From Promethearchaeota archaeon (lineage in GTDB: Archaea > Asgardarchaeota > Lokiarchaeia > Sigyniarchaeales > SOKP01), in NCBI GenBank assembly GCA_019057795.1, contig JAHLWS010000034.1, positions 16,057 to 80,056 of the forward strand: a stretch of 64,000 bases of DNA, read 5' to 3'. Shown in pieces: positions 10,501 through 18,857 of this stretch (its first letter is position 1; each line of letters starts with the position of its first letter). The notes beneath the pieces are model-generated. The model was not told the DNA's origin and did no database searches. It was given only the letters and a program-made list of their open reading frames with translations. A program made the position numbers and the translations under genes.

Positions 10501-11470
10501 TCCTTCTACCTATTACACTGAAGAAGGAACAATCAATAAGACTTTTACTTTATCTAATTCACCATCAAGTCCAGAAAATTACTCTATTGACTACACCCCC
10601 ACATCTACGGATCCACCTGGTTATGCTATTTTTTACATTCTGCCTTATAATCCTAGTTCAAATTATTACAATCCACATTCGCTTAGATTAATTTCAATTA
10701 TAATAAATCACCCTCCTGAATTCATTGAAGAATCTTCTACAATATTAATTGATAACAATCAATTAGTATCGCTTGATGAGACTCATACGGAAGATAGCTT
10801 ACTAGTCATTAGTGTATCCCAAGGGAGTCAGCTTGACTTTATTATAAATCTCACTGACTCTGTGAGTTATGAGGATCAAGATAGCTCAAAAATGAGGGTG
10901 TCAGTAAACCTTTTTATCGCCTCAATTTCAGAGGATAATACAATTGTACCGATTAATTCAAAGAACTTTGTTCTTTCCGAATTAGAATATAAATCAGGTT
11001 CGAATACTCACTATGGAACTTTCGTAATTCCATATACTATGGAATTCTCCTCCATTACAGGAACTAAAGAGCTTTCAACTGCATCTCAATATGATAATGA
11101 TGCTCAAGATGGCTATTTAGCGATCCTATTGATCACGGCTTTTGATAGCGAAGGAGAGTCTGAAGTTTTCTTAATGGTTTTGTTGATTCAACCTTCAACA
11201 CCTTTTGAATTTATATTAGTACTAATTATTATCGGAGTTGTAGTAGTAGTTGGAATAATTGTTGTCGTCTCACTTTTAGTTAGAAAGAAGAAAAAATCTC
11301 GCATATCGACTCCTTTTGAAGGATATTACCACCAAGATTATGAAGATGTTCCTTCACAAGAAATATATGATTTTACTCAAAAGTCAGTATATTATTGTCC
11401 TTATTGTGGATTTCAATTAACTATCCCAAGAAACTTTTGCACAAATTGCGGTAAGAAACTTTTGCCCTAA
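7505..11470 (+). CDS. large membrane-anchored S8 subtilisin-like serine protease with GIFT/GATase-like domain, C-terminal TM helix and zinc ribbon
   Basis: Signal peptide; catalytic IDTG, HGTHVAG, GTSMSCP; SAGNSG; later RVLMDSYH...GRFVAFGD; TM plus KKK; CPYC..CTNC. Start may be the ATG at 7514. Confidence 0.92.
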   Translation: MKTMKNFWRKINYLLITVLIINAIINPVLGIGSVGNINHNNIQKLELDFSGLTYTSSDQANNEKYDSILPFNKQNALFDDLLIKELNFIKSSQQSDATLIKIIILFKDGISKSERIKLIDSVFDEYEIINNYNFIPGVYMKCDPKELIAKKGLLEVKSALKKVYKSRFYSSPSFQEQFPETSALSKDSYPNWWIPAVGADNLGYNGSGVKVAVIDTGIYEHPDLNLLLSRNFVSEENSSEYQDYVGHGTHVAGIIGGDGGSSGGLYRGVAPGVSLINAKAGGLSGLEEGDIISAIEWSVDTANADIISMSFGDNYPIASDILILALANATENGVMCVSSAGNSGPDYFSGGSPASGIDVISVGASNRNNHLAYFSSWGPSLSYLSYPDIVAPGVNIISTEAPESIISDRYRFIGDYFDFSGDADYLPLSGTSMSCPVVAGALAILKQAYSSISPETARIAILEGARDLSDVEDVGFLKSGFGLINVSASLDYLNYLNATYSNINDVLKIAPNELPVQPYDLLNFPGDRQLFNLTVISGIDKDYDINYPSIVDGISLFIDKSQLTFSDAGVNFIALDIEIERDAAPGIRTFELNITSGVRLYDKINVSIDVRLSEYRVLMDSYHGLNDYFPEFSFYQMDFYGWMKDLSDLNISIDYLAELWTPNYNSSLNNSILTEERLAQYDLVVLQNPILPYNPLEIHNLKRYFDNGGNILFLGTRYQDLCVDNINELFSAINLGIQINEENVADENWVGLGATVDTQSITEFNNSQIFQDVNKFIWDYGSTLTASGNAEAIASVDGKIVAVANDGRLSGRGRFVAFGDLHWSAELYESQTYYQDHYNLTKNLMRYFLEKDEVSINIFLNYERTPTSQVNISIYVKDQIGETPVSSATLNSFLNVSVENDAYFETVNMVSTSDGIAISNTFSLLNPSNKPYVIKVNLTIGSKTYNKTSKILYYNSSEVPKISSLLATTDIKRNGVDTLDIKATLDGNNYNATAYLSIYPSTYYTEEGTINKTFTLSNSPSSPENYSIDYTPTSTDPPGYAIFYILPYNPSSNYYNPHSLRLISIIINHPPEFIEESSTILIDNNQLVSLDETHTEDSLLVISVSQGSQLDFIINLTDSVSYEDQDSSKMRVSVNLFIASISEDNTIVPINSKNFVLSELEYKSGSNTHYGTFVIPYTMEFSSITGTKELSTASQYDNDAQDGYLAILLITAFDSEGESEVFLMVLLIQPSTPFEFILVLIIIGVVVVVGIIVVVSLLVRKKKKSRISTPFEGYYHQDYEDVPSQEIYDFTQKSVYYCPYCGFQLTIPRNFCTNCGKKLLP

Positions 11471-11481
11471 TTGCGGTAAGA
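11432..11481 (+). repeat. 25-bp tandem duplication at the protease 3' end
   Basis: aacttttgcacaaattgcggtaaga followed by aacttttgccctaattgcggtaaga. Confidence 0.8.
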
Positions 11482-11487
11482 ATTTTT

Positions 11488-12138
11488 TTACTCTTTATTG
11501 TTGTTCAAGTTTTGGAGATCGGAATACTTCAACAAATCAATAACCCGATTGGGGTCCTTTGCATTTAAAATAGTACTTGTGCTGCTTAAAATATCGACAT
11601 TTAACTGGTTAGCGTTTATAAGATTTATCCCTCCATCTATATCAATAATAAAAGCATACTTTTTCTTAAGTTTAGCTAATTTTTCTACCTTTTCGATTGA
11701 ATGTGGAATGAATTTTTGACCAGACCTACCTGGATAAACTGACATCACTAAAACTAAGTCAACTAAATCCAAGTAAGGCGTTATTTCTGCAATTCTTGTA
11801 TCTGGATCGATTGCTAAGCCCACTCTTTTCTTCCTATTCTTCAGTTCATTTATTAGCGCTTTCTTATCTCCCGTTATTTCGTAATGAAAAGTAAAGATAT
11901 GAACATAATCAATAATTTTATCAATGTAATCAAAGGGATTGCTTACCATCAAATGGGCGATGATAGGAATATCATATCTCTCATTTAATATTCTAAATAA
12001 GTCCAAATCAAGGTTTATTACAGGTGTAAACTTTCCATCTGCAACATCAATATGTATGTAATCAAGCCCTACTAATCCCTCAAGAGGATCAAGATTAAAA
12101 TTTAGGTTTGCGTGAACAGCAACAGCAATCTTTTTCAT
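11488..12138 (-). CDS. rpe: ribulose-phosphate 3-epimerase
   Basis: [33 protein letters not shown] motifs. Confidence 0.93.
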   Translation of the reverse strand: MKKIAVAVHANLNFNLDPLEGLVGLDYIHIDVADGKFTPVINLDLDLFRILNERYDIPIIAHLMVSNPFDYIDKIIDYVHIFTFHYEITGDKKALINELKNRKKRVGLAIDPDTRIAEITPYLDLVDLVLVMSVYPGRSGQKFIPHSIEKVEKLAKLKKKYAFIIDIDGGINLINANQLNVDILSSTSTILNAKDPNRVIDLLKYSDLQNLNNNKE

Positions 12139-12147
12139 CGTATTTAA

Positions 12148-12861
12148 TTATAAAACAATAACTTTTCCATCTTTTTGTCCTATATACGCTTTAGATGTCA
12201 TTCCTATGAAAAATCCTGTATCGACAACACCAGGAATTTTTAATAACTTGTCGTTCATATCTGAGGGGCTTTCAATTAAACCGAAATCAACATCGATAAT
12301 AAAATTACCATTATCGGTAACTAAAGGACCTGCTTTTGCTTGGGCCATCCTTAGTTTCGGTGTACCTCCTAATTTTTCTAACTTTTTCAAAATTGGAACA
12401 TATCCAAAAGGAATGACTTCGATTGGTACTCCCTTGTTCCAATTCTCTCCTAATTTTTCTGACTTTTTACGATAATCTGCGATAATTACTAACTTTTTTG
12501 ATGAATTAGCAACAATTTTCTCTTGAACTAAACACCCCCCACCTCCCTTAATTAAATTTAATTCTTTATCAATTTCATCGGCACCATCAATATCTAAGTC
12601 AATTTCAGGGTACTGATCTAAAGTAACGAGAGTAAGTCCATTTTCTACTATTAATTGACGAGACTGAAACGATGTCGGGATGCACTTCAAGTTCAAATCC
12701 TCTGCTTTATTGATCTCCGCTATTCTCTTGATGGCGTATACAACTGTGGAGCCACTTCCAATTCCCAAAATCATGCCTTTTTTGACATTTTCCTCGACTG
12801 CTTTAAACGCAGCGTTTTTTTTGCCTATTTCAATTAGATCTTCACTCATAAGTTTCACCAA
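12148..12861 (-). CDS. rpiA: ribose-5-phosphate isomerase A
   Basis: GIGSGST, DGADE, LIKGGGG, EKIV, TDNGN motifs; start may be the downstream ATG (MSED). Confidence 0.96.
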   Translation of the reverse strand: MVKLMSEDLIEIGKKNAAFKAVEENVKKGMILGIGSGSTVVYAIKRIAEINKAEDLNLKCIPTSFQSRQLIVENGLTLVTLDQYPEIDLDIDGADEIDKELNLIKGGGGCLVQEKIVANSSKKLVIIADYRKKSEKLGENWNKGVPIEVIPFGYVPILKKLEKLGGTPKLRMAQAKAGPLVTDNGNFIIDVDFGLIESPSDMNDKLLKIPGVVDTGFFIGMTSKAYIGQKDGKVIVL

Positions 12862-12863
12862 GA

Positions 12864-13286
12864 TTATTTTTTTAACAAATTAAGAATTCTGATCGCCAAA
12901 TAAGCAGCATTCTCGCCCCTATCTATTCCTACGCAAGCAACAGGAATCCTGGGGGGCATTTGTACGATAGACAATAACGCATCTAATCCACTTAATTTGG
13001 TACTAACGGGTACACCAATAACTGGCTTGTTAGTTTTAGATGCAATTACACCTGGTAAAGCCGCTGACAATCCAGCGACAGCAATATATACTAAGGATTG
13101 ACACGATTTTAAATAATCGTCTAATTTGTCTGGATCTCGGTGAGCAGATATAATTTGAAGTTCGTAAGTTATTTTGTTTTCTTTTAAAACATTCTCTGCT
13201 TTTTCATACACTTCTTTATCTGAAGTACTACCCGCTATTATTGAGACCAAAGTCATTTTACTTTTATCTATGTTCGTGTCTGGCAT
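12864..13286 (-). CDS. purE: N5-CAIR mutase / AIR carboxylase
   Basis: [36 protein letters not shown]. Confidence 0.95.
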   Translation of the reverse strand: MPDTNIDKSKMTLVSIIAGSTSDKEVYEKAENVLKENKITYELQIISAHRDPDKLDDYLKSCQSLVYIAVAGLSAALPGVIASKTNKPVIGVPVSTKLSGLDALLSIVQMPPRIPVACVGIDRGENAAYLAIRILNLLKK

Positions 13287-13498
13287 ATTTAATCTAAATC
13301 TCCTAAAAATAAAAATAATACTAATAAAATCTTAATAATTTTTTGGATAAATTATCAAAAAGAAACATTTCATTGTTAAGGTTCAAAAACAATTTTATCG
13401 AAAACTTTAATATATTTTTAAATATTTTCATAAATGAATATCAAAAATTTATTGAAAATCAAGTAGTAAAAAATATTATAAATACGAGTGATATAAAA

Positions 13499-14836
13499 AT
13501 GGAATTAAATGAAGTATGGTTAGTAGATTACGCGCGAACTGCATTTTCACGATCAAGACCCGCTCAACCAGAAAGAGATGTATTCGGGGAAATTAAAGGA
13601 GATGAGCTTCTTATACTCTTACTGAAAAACATGTTTGAAAATAGATTAGCAGACAAAAGCATTGAAAAGAAGGATATAGATGAATTTACGATTGGATGTT
13701 CTTTTGGGGTAGGAGAACACTGGACTTATGGAGGTAAACTTCCTACTTATTATGTAGGTATGGATAAAAGAACATCTTGTGTATTTTTAGATAAGGCATG
13801 TGGATCAGCAGCAGCAGGGTTTAACTTAGGATTTATGGAAATTGCAATGGGTTATAGTAAATGTGTTTTATCAACAGGTATAGAACATCTCACGCGAGTC
13901 CCTATGGGCATAACAAACCAATGGATTAAGCCCAACCTCGCAATTGCTAGTAAAGACTCACCTTTCTATATGCCAGAATATGCACGAAAAGGTAAATACG
14001 ATGTACTTGTATCAACAGATATGTTAGCTACGGCACAAAAATTATTCGAAGAGGAAATCCCGAAATTTACAAAGGAAGATATGGATAAATTTGGAGTAAG
14101 AGCACATAATTTAACTATTAAAAGCCAAGAAGAAAAATGGTTCACGTCAGGTGTTAATGGAGGAGAGATTATTCCAATTGAAGGCCATGTAGAGGGAAAT
14201 ACTGAGGAACCAATGATGGTTGATAGAGACATGGCAGCAAGAAAATCAACTCTTGAATCTGTTGCAAAGTTAAGGTCTGTTTCCAAGCCTTTCTACATTA
14301 AAAAAACAGCATCCGGGCAAGAACTTGGTCGAAAAGGCTATATGGAATATGTAGGTAGTAAGGATGGTGTAATCACTGCAGGGAATGCTTCTCCTTTAAA
14401 TGCGGGAGCTACAGCATGTGTCATGATGAATGCTAAAGAGGCTCAAAAAAGAGGTATTAATCCTTTAGCTAAAGTTGTTTCTATTGGATTTGCAGGTGTA
14501 GATCCTACAGTAATGGGACGAGGACCTGTTCCTGCCTCAAAAATGGCGCTAGAACATGCTGGATTAACCGCTGATGATATAGATTTTTGGGAGATAAACG
14601 AAGCTTTTTGTATAGTGGCATTAAATTGCATGGATAAACTTGGTATTCCTGAAGAAAAAGTAAATATTAAAGGAGGCTCTACTGCAATTGGTCATCCATT
14701 GGGTGCTACAATGTGCCGCTTAATCGGTACTGTATCTCGCATACTAAAAGATAAAAACGCAAAATATGGAATAGCTAACGCGTGTTGTGGTGGCGGTCAA
14801 GGAGTAGCAGTTTTATTGGAAAATATTGATAAATAA
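13499..14836 (+). CDS. acetyl-CoA C-acyltransferase (thiolase), copy 1
   Basis: CGS catalytic Cys, TAGNAS, NEAF, GHPLG, CCGGGQG; start moved to ATG 13499 (MELNEVWL) by alignment with the adjacent paralog. Confidence 0.95.
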   Translation: MELNEVWLVDYARTAFSRSRPAQPERDVFGEIKGDELLILLLKNMFENRLADKSIEKKDIDEFTIGCSFGVGEHWTYGGKLPTYYVGMDKRTSCVFLDKACGSAAAGFNLGFMEIAMGYSKCVLSTGIEHLTRVPMGITNQWIKPNLAIASKDSPFYMPEYARKGKYDVLVSTDMLATAQKLFEEEIPKFTKEDMDKFGVRAHNLTIKSQEEKWFTSGVNGGEIIPIEGHVEGNTEEPMMVDRDMAARKSTLESVAKLRSVSKPFYIKKTASGQELGRKGYMEYVGSKDGVITAGNASPLNAGATACVMMNAKEAQKRGINPLAKVVSIGFAGVDPTVMGRGPVPASKMALEHAGLTADDIDFWEINEAFCIVALNCMDKLGIPEEKVNIKGGSTAIGHPLGATMCRLIGTVSRILKDKNAKYGIANACCGGGQGVAVLLENIDK

Positions 14837-14942
14837 TCAAATTTTATTTTTAACGCAACTTATATTTTTTTTATTTTATTTAAATTAATATCAATTGAAC
14901 TTAATATAAAAATAATCTTAAAAATTTGAGGGAATTATAAAT

Positions 14943-16226
14943 ATGGAATTAAAAGAAGTATGGTTAATTGATTACGCGCGTACAGCGTTTTCGCGATCTA
15001 GACCTAAACAACCAGAAAGAGATGTATTTGGCGAAATTAGAGGCGACGAACTTCTTGCTAAATTGTTAATGAAATTTTTCGATGGAAAATTAGCGGATAA
15101 AGGAATCGAAAAGAAGGACATAGACGAGTTTACGGTTGGATCTGCCATGGGCGTCTGGGAGAATTGGGCTTATGGAGGTAGACTTCCAATGTTCTTAGCA
15201 GACTTTCCTTACGAAGTACCTGCTATGTTTGTAGATAGACAATGTGGATCAGCTGGTAGTGGAATGCATATTGGAATTATGGAGATTATGACGGGATATA
15301 GTAAAATTTGCATGGCTACAGGCGTTGAACACATGACTCGGGTCGATATGCAAAACAATCACATTCGCCCAAATCTGAAAATGATTAATAAAAAGAGTGA
15401 ATGGTATAGACCTAAATATGATTTAATGACAACAATTAACATGTTACAAACAGCTCAGAAATTATACGAACAAGAGGTGCCTGCTTTCACTAAAGAAGAT
15501 TTGGATAAATTCGGAGTGAGAGCTCATAATTTAACGATTAAAAATCAAGAAGCAGGTTGGTTTAAAGGAGAGATTATCCCAATTGAAGGCCATGTTGGTG
15601 GTAATGTAGAAGAACCATTAATGGTAGATAAAGATATGGCCGCGAGAAAATCAACTTTAGAAAGTGTTGCAGGATTGCGAAGGTTATCAAAACCATTTTT
15701 CCTAGAGAAAAATGGAGGCAGAGCGGGCTATAAAGAGAGAGAAGGAACTTCTGAAGGAGTAATAACTGCTGGGAACTCTTCACCTCTGAATGCTGGGGCT
15801 ACAGCTTGCATTGTAATGTCTGCTGAGGAAGCTAAAAAGCGAGGACTTGAACCGATGGCTAAGATAGTTTCACTTGGATGGGCAGGAGTAGATCCTAGCG
15901 TCATGGGTCGTGGTCCTGTTCCTGCAACGGAGATGGCCTTAAAGAGCGCTGGATTAACTGCTGATGATATCGATTACTGGGAAATTAACGAAGCTTTCTG
16001 CATTGTTGCTTTAAATTGTATGAAACATTTTAATATTCCTGAAGAAAAGGTAAATGTCATGGGTGGTTCTACCGCAATTGGTCATCCGCTAGGCTCTACG
16101 ATGGTAAGATTACCAGGAACTCTAGCTCGCATCCTAAAAGATAAAAAGGCTAAGTACGGCGTTGCAAACGCGTGCGTAGGTGGCGGACAAGGCGTTGCTA
16201 CGTTAATTGAAAACCTCGATGCCTAA
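14943..16226 (+). CDS. acetyl-CoA C-acyltransferase (thiolase), copy 2
   Basis: CGS, TAGNSS, NEAF, GHPLG, CVGGGQG; close tandem paralog of the preceding gene. Confidence 0.95.
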   Translation: MELKEVWLIDYARTAFSRSRPKQPERDVFGEIRGDELLAKLLMKFFDGKLADKGIEKKDIDEFTVGSAMGVWENWAYGGRLPMFLADFPYEVPAMFVDRQCGSAGSGMHIGIMEIMTGYSKICMATGVEHMTRVDMQNNHIRPNLKMINKKSEWYRPKYDLMTTINMLQTAQKLYEQEVPAFTKEDLDKFGVRAHNLTIKNQEAGWFKGEIIPIEGHVGGNVEEPLMVDKDMAARKSTLESVAGLRRLSKPFFLEKNGGRAGYKEREGTSEGVITAGNSSPLNAGATACIVMSAEEAKKRGLEPMAKIVSLGWAGVDPSVMGRGPVPATEMALKSAGLTADDIDYWEINEAFCIVALNCMKHFNIPEEKVNVMGGSTAIGHPLGSTMVRLPGTLARILKDKKAKYGVANACVGGGQGVATLIENLDA

Positions 16227-16425
16227 TTAAATTCTATTTTAGGTAAATTTTTCTTTTTTTTATTTTCTTACAAAATTTAGGCTTTAAATTTATTTCTCTT
16301 CTTAAAATCATATTTTAAGAATATTCTAGAAATATTTAAATATTAAACAATAACAATAACATTTAGTCTTATTATAAATTCTACAAAAAATTTCGTAACA
16401 ATAAATTTTGTAAAGGTGAATTAAA

Positions 16426-16632
16426 ATTACTGTATATAAAAGTATTCAGCTAGTTGCCACGAGCGATAAGAATTGGGCAGACGCGGTTAAGGTTGCTTAT
16501 ACTGAAGCAAAGAAGTCCCTTCGTGGTATTCGAAATATCCAAATTATCGAATCTGATGTTAAGGTTAAAGAAGATCAAGATAAATTGATTTATCGGGTTC
16601 GAGTGCAAATTAATTTCCAAATCGAAAGATAA
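16426..16632 (+). CDS. dodecin family protein (missed by ORF track; probable ATT start)
   Basis: ITVYKSIQLVATSDKNWADAVKVAYTEAKKSLRGIRNIQIIESDVKVKEDQDKLIYRVRVQINFQIER matches the dodecin pattern; GGTGA SD at 16415-16419; in-frame TGA at 16417. Confidence 0.85.
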   Translation: MTVYKSIQLVATSDKNWADAVKVAYTEAKKSLRGIRNIQIIESDVKVKEDQDKLIYRVRVQINFQIER

Positions 16633-16767
16633 GATAATAAAATTTTTTTTTTTTTAATTTAACAACATATCTCAAATATATTTTTTTATAAAATAAAATT
16701 TTAAAAAGGTAAATAGTTTAGATTTTCATACTAACTTAATTTAAATGTATTAAGATTGGTTATAGTT

Positions 16768-16872
16768 ATGGAAGAGTTAATAGAAACTTATGGATGGTAT
16801 ATTATTGCGGGGATAATTACCTTAGTTGTGTTAATCACATGTTGCAAAATCAATAGAAAACTTCTAAAATAA
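16768..16872 (+). CDS. putative small single-pass membrane protein (34 aa)
   Basis: MEELIETYGWYIIAGIITLVVLITCCKINRKLLK: acidic N-terminus, TM segment, basic tail. Confidence 0.4.
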   Translation: MEELIETYGWYIIAGIITLVVLITCCKINRKLLK

Positions 16873-16917
16873 TAGTCGCTAATAATTCGGGCGTAGTATT
16901 CGTTTAGCGCTGTTTAA

Positions 16918-17664
16918 CTAAATCCCTAAACCATTTCTATTTAGATCGTCTATTAATTTTGGTAATAATTCTTTATTTATGTTAAGATAATCGCCGTCTA
17001 ATTCAAAGTTATACTTTTGTCCCCACTCAATTAGAACTTTTATTATAGTTTCTTTGTTTAATTTGAGTAGGTCTTGTATCATATCAACCTTAATACGTTT
17101 TGAAACGCTTAATAATGCTATTAATCGTTCAATAACGCTCATGTTTTCTTTAGGTTCGGTTTCTGTTTTATTTAGGTTATCTAATTTCTGTCTAATTGCC
17201 ATAAGAGCTTGTTTAGCGTAAACAAAATCGGGATCGATTTTTAAAGCTTTTTGGTGAGCTTCTATAGCTTTTTCTAAATTTTCTCTTTCTTCGTAGATTA
17301 GACCAATGTTGTAATGGCAATGCTTATAATCCGGTTTTATAGCTATCGCAATTTCACAAGCGTTCAACGCTTCTTCAAATAGTTCTAGGTTAAAATAGGC
17401 GATCCCTAGGTTATAATGTGCTCTATAATTATGAGGGTCAATCTCTATTATTCTTTTAAAATTTTTAATCGCTTTTTCATACTCTAAAACGTAATAATCG
17501 TTAAGGTAACCACCGTAAGCAAACAAAGCGTCAATAAGGCTTTTCTTAATTTCGAGCTCGGAGTTTTTTTTGAACAAATCCTCTAAAATTTCTATACCTT
17601 CTTCGAAAACTTCGTTATCTACTAATTCTTTTGCTTTTTCAAGAATTTCTCTGTTGTCAGTCAA
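16918..17664 (-). CDS. TPR-repeat protein with C-terminal PCI-like winged-helix domain
   Basis: YNLGIAY/YNIGLIY TPR repeats; C-terminus SKRIKVDMIQDLLKLNKETII...FELDGD. Confidence 0.8.
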   Translation of the reverse strand: MTDNREILEKAKELVDNEVFEEGIEILEDLFKKNSELEIKKSLIDALFAYGGYLNDYYVLEYEKAIKNFKRIIEIDPHNYRAHYNLGIAYFNLELFEEALNACEIAIAIKPDYKHCHYNIGLIYEERENLEKAIEAHQKALKIDPDFVYAKQALMAIRQKLDNLNKTETEPKENMSVIERLIALLSVSKRIKVDMIQDLLKLNKETIIKVLIEWGQKYNFELDGDYLNINKELLPKLIDDLNRNGLGI

Positions 17665-17674
17665 TTGTTTTCAC

Positions 17675-18178
17675 TTAGATCTCATTTTCGTACCAAATAT
17701 TTGGTGATTTTTTTACTCCAAGCTTCATAAAAACGCTTCTTAAGGCACCGTCTGAATCCGGACAGATGTAATACACTTTATCTAATTTAAGAGTTTTCTT
17801 TATGTATAGCTGTAGTTCTCTGATTATTTTCTCTTCAATCCCTTTTTTGTAAGAATCTTCCTTTTTAGTTAAAATTTGATGAATAATTGCTCGATCGTTG
17901 CCTAAATAATCTCTAAAAGAAGTATATGTTCCCCAACCAACAATTTTCCCATCCTCTTTGGCAACCACCATAGAATTTCTATATTGAAGGTCTAAGACTC
18001 TTTTATTTATTTCTTGTTCGAATTTTTGCCAATGTGAGAAGAAGTAAGACTTATTTTCAATAAAATCTTCAAAAATTTCTTTAAGTTCCTCTCGATCTAA
18101 TCGAGGGTCGTATCTATCGATTGTAATCATGATAGTTCTGTTAATGATTAATGGTTTTATAACATTTTTTCTTTTCAA
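17675..18178 (-). CDS. GNAT-fold protein (putative acetyltransferase)
   Basis: MVVAKEDGKIVGW strand pair and YKKGIEEKII motif-A-like segment; start may be the internal ATG (MITID). Confidence 0.6.
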   Translation of the reverse strand: MKRKNVIKPLIINRTIMITIDRYDPRLDREELKEIFEDFIENKSYFFSHWQKFEQEINKRVLDLQYRNSMVVAKEDGKIVGWGTYTSFRDYLGNDRAIIHQILTKKEDSYKKGIEEKIIRELQLYIKKTLKLDKVYYICPDSDGALRSVFMKLGVKKSPNIWYENEI

Positions 18179-18237
18179 TTTTCTTTTAATTAATCTTTAA
18201 TAAAAACTCTTTTTTAAGTTCTGGTATATTAGAATTT

Positions 18238-18753
18238 ATGAAACGGACAAATGAAATAGGCAAATTGATTATACCTTTCAAAAAAACCAATAAGGACGCT
18301 ACGCTTCCTATAACTTCAAAAAAAGGAGACGCTGGTGCTGACGCTCGAATCAGTGGCTTTAAACAAATTATTAATGAAAACGGTAAAAAAGAATTAATCG
18401 AGCTTGACACTAACACTTATACGCTTAAGCCACTAGAGCGAATTGGGTGCCCTTTAGGATTCGCCACTGCTATCCCCGAAGGATATTACTTTAAGGTAGT
18501 CCCCCGTAGTGGTCTCGCACTGTGGGAAGGAATATCAATCGTTAATAGTCCTGGTACTATAGATTCTGGTTATAGAAACGAATGGATGGCTATTGTTGTT
18601 AACCTTTCAAATAAAGAAGTACAATTAAAAAAAGGAGATAGAATATGCCAAATAATTCTTGGAAAGTTACACGAATACGAAATTACGGAAAAGAAAGAAT
18701 TACCGGATTCAGATCGAGGTTTAGGAGGTTTCGGGTCAACAGGAAAAAATTAA
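18238..18753 (+). CDS. dut: dUTP diphosphatase
   Basis: GDAGAD, PRSGLA, NSPGTIDSGYR, RICQ, RGLGGFGSTG (motifs I-V). Confidence 0.96.
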   Translation: MKRTNEIGKLIIPFKKTNKDATLPITSKKGDAGADARISGFKQIINENGKKELIELDTNTYTLKPLERIGCPLGFATAIPEGYYFKVVPRSGLALWEGISIVNSPGTIDSGYRNEWMAIVVNLSNKEVQLKKGDRICQIILGKLHEYEITEKKELPDSDRGLGGFGSTGKN

Positions 18754-18857
18754 TCTGAAGATTAAAAAATCTTCTTTAAATCTCGTATAATAAAATTCAA
18801 ATTCTTAGATTAATTTAATATATTATTCGTTTTCATTTAATTAGGATATTATAAAAT

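Noticed and set aside
13343-13498. 52-aa N-terminal extension of thiolase 1
   Set aside because: AT-rich N/I/K/F sequence that is the divergent promoter region; the paralog starts at the MELxEVWL equivalent
16417-16419. Selenocysteine read-through of the TGA upstream of dodecin, or Sec in the redoxin at 32404-32922
   Set aside because: The TGA is part of the GGTGA SD and lies before the family N-terminus; the redoxin has an ordinary CPIC motif; no SECIS was recognised
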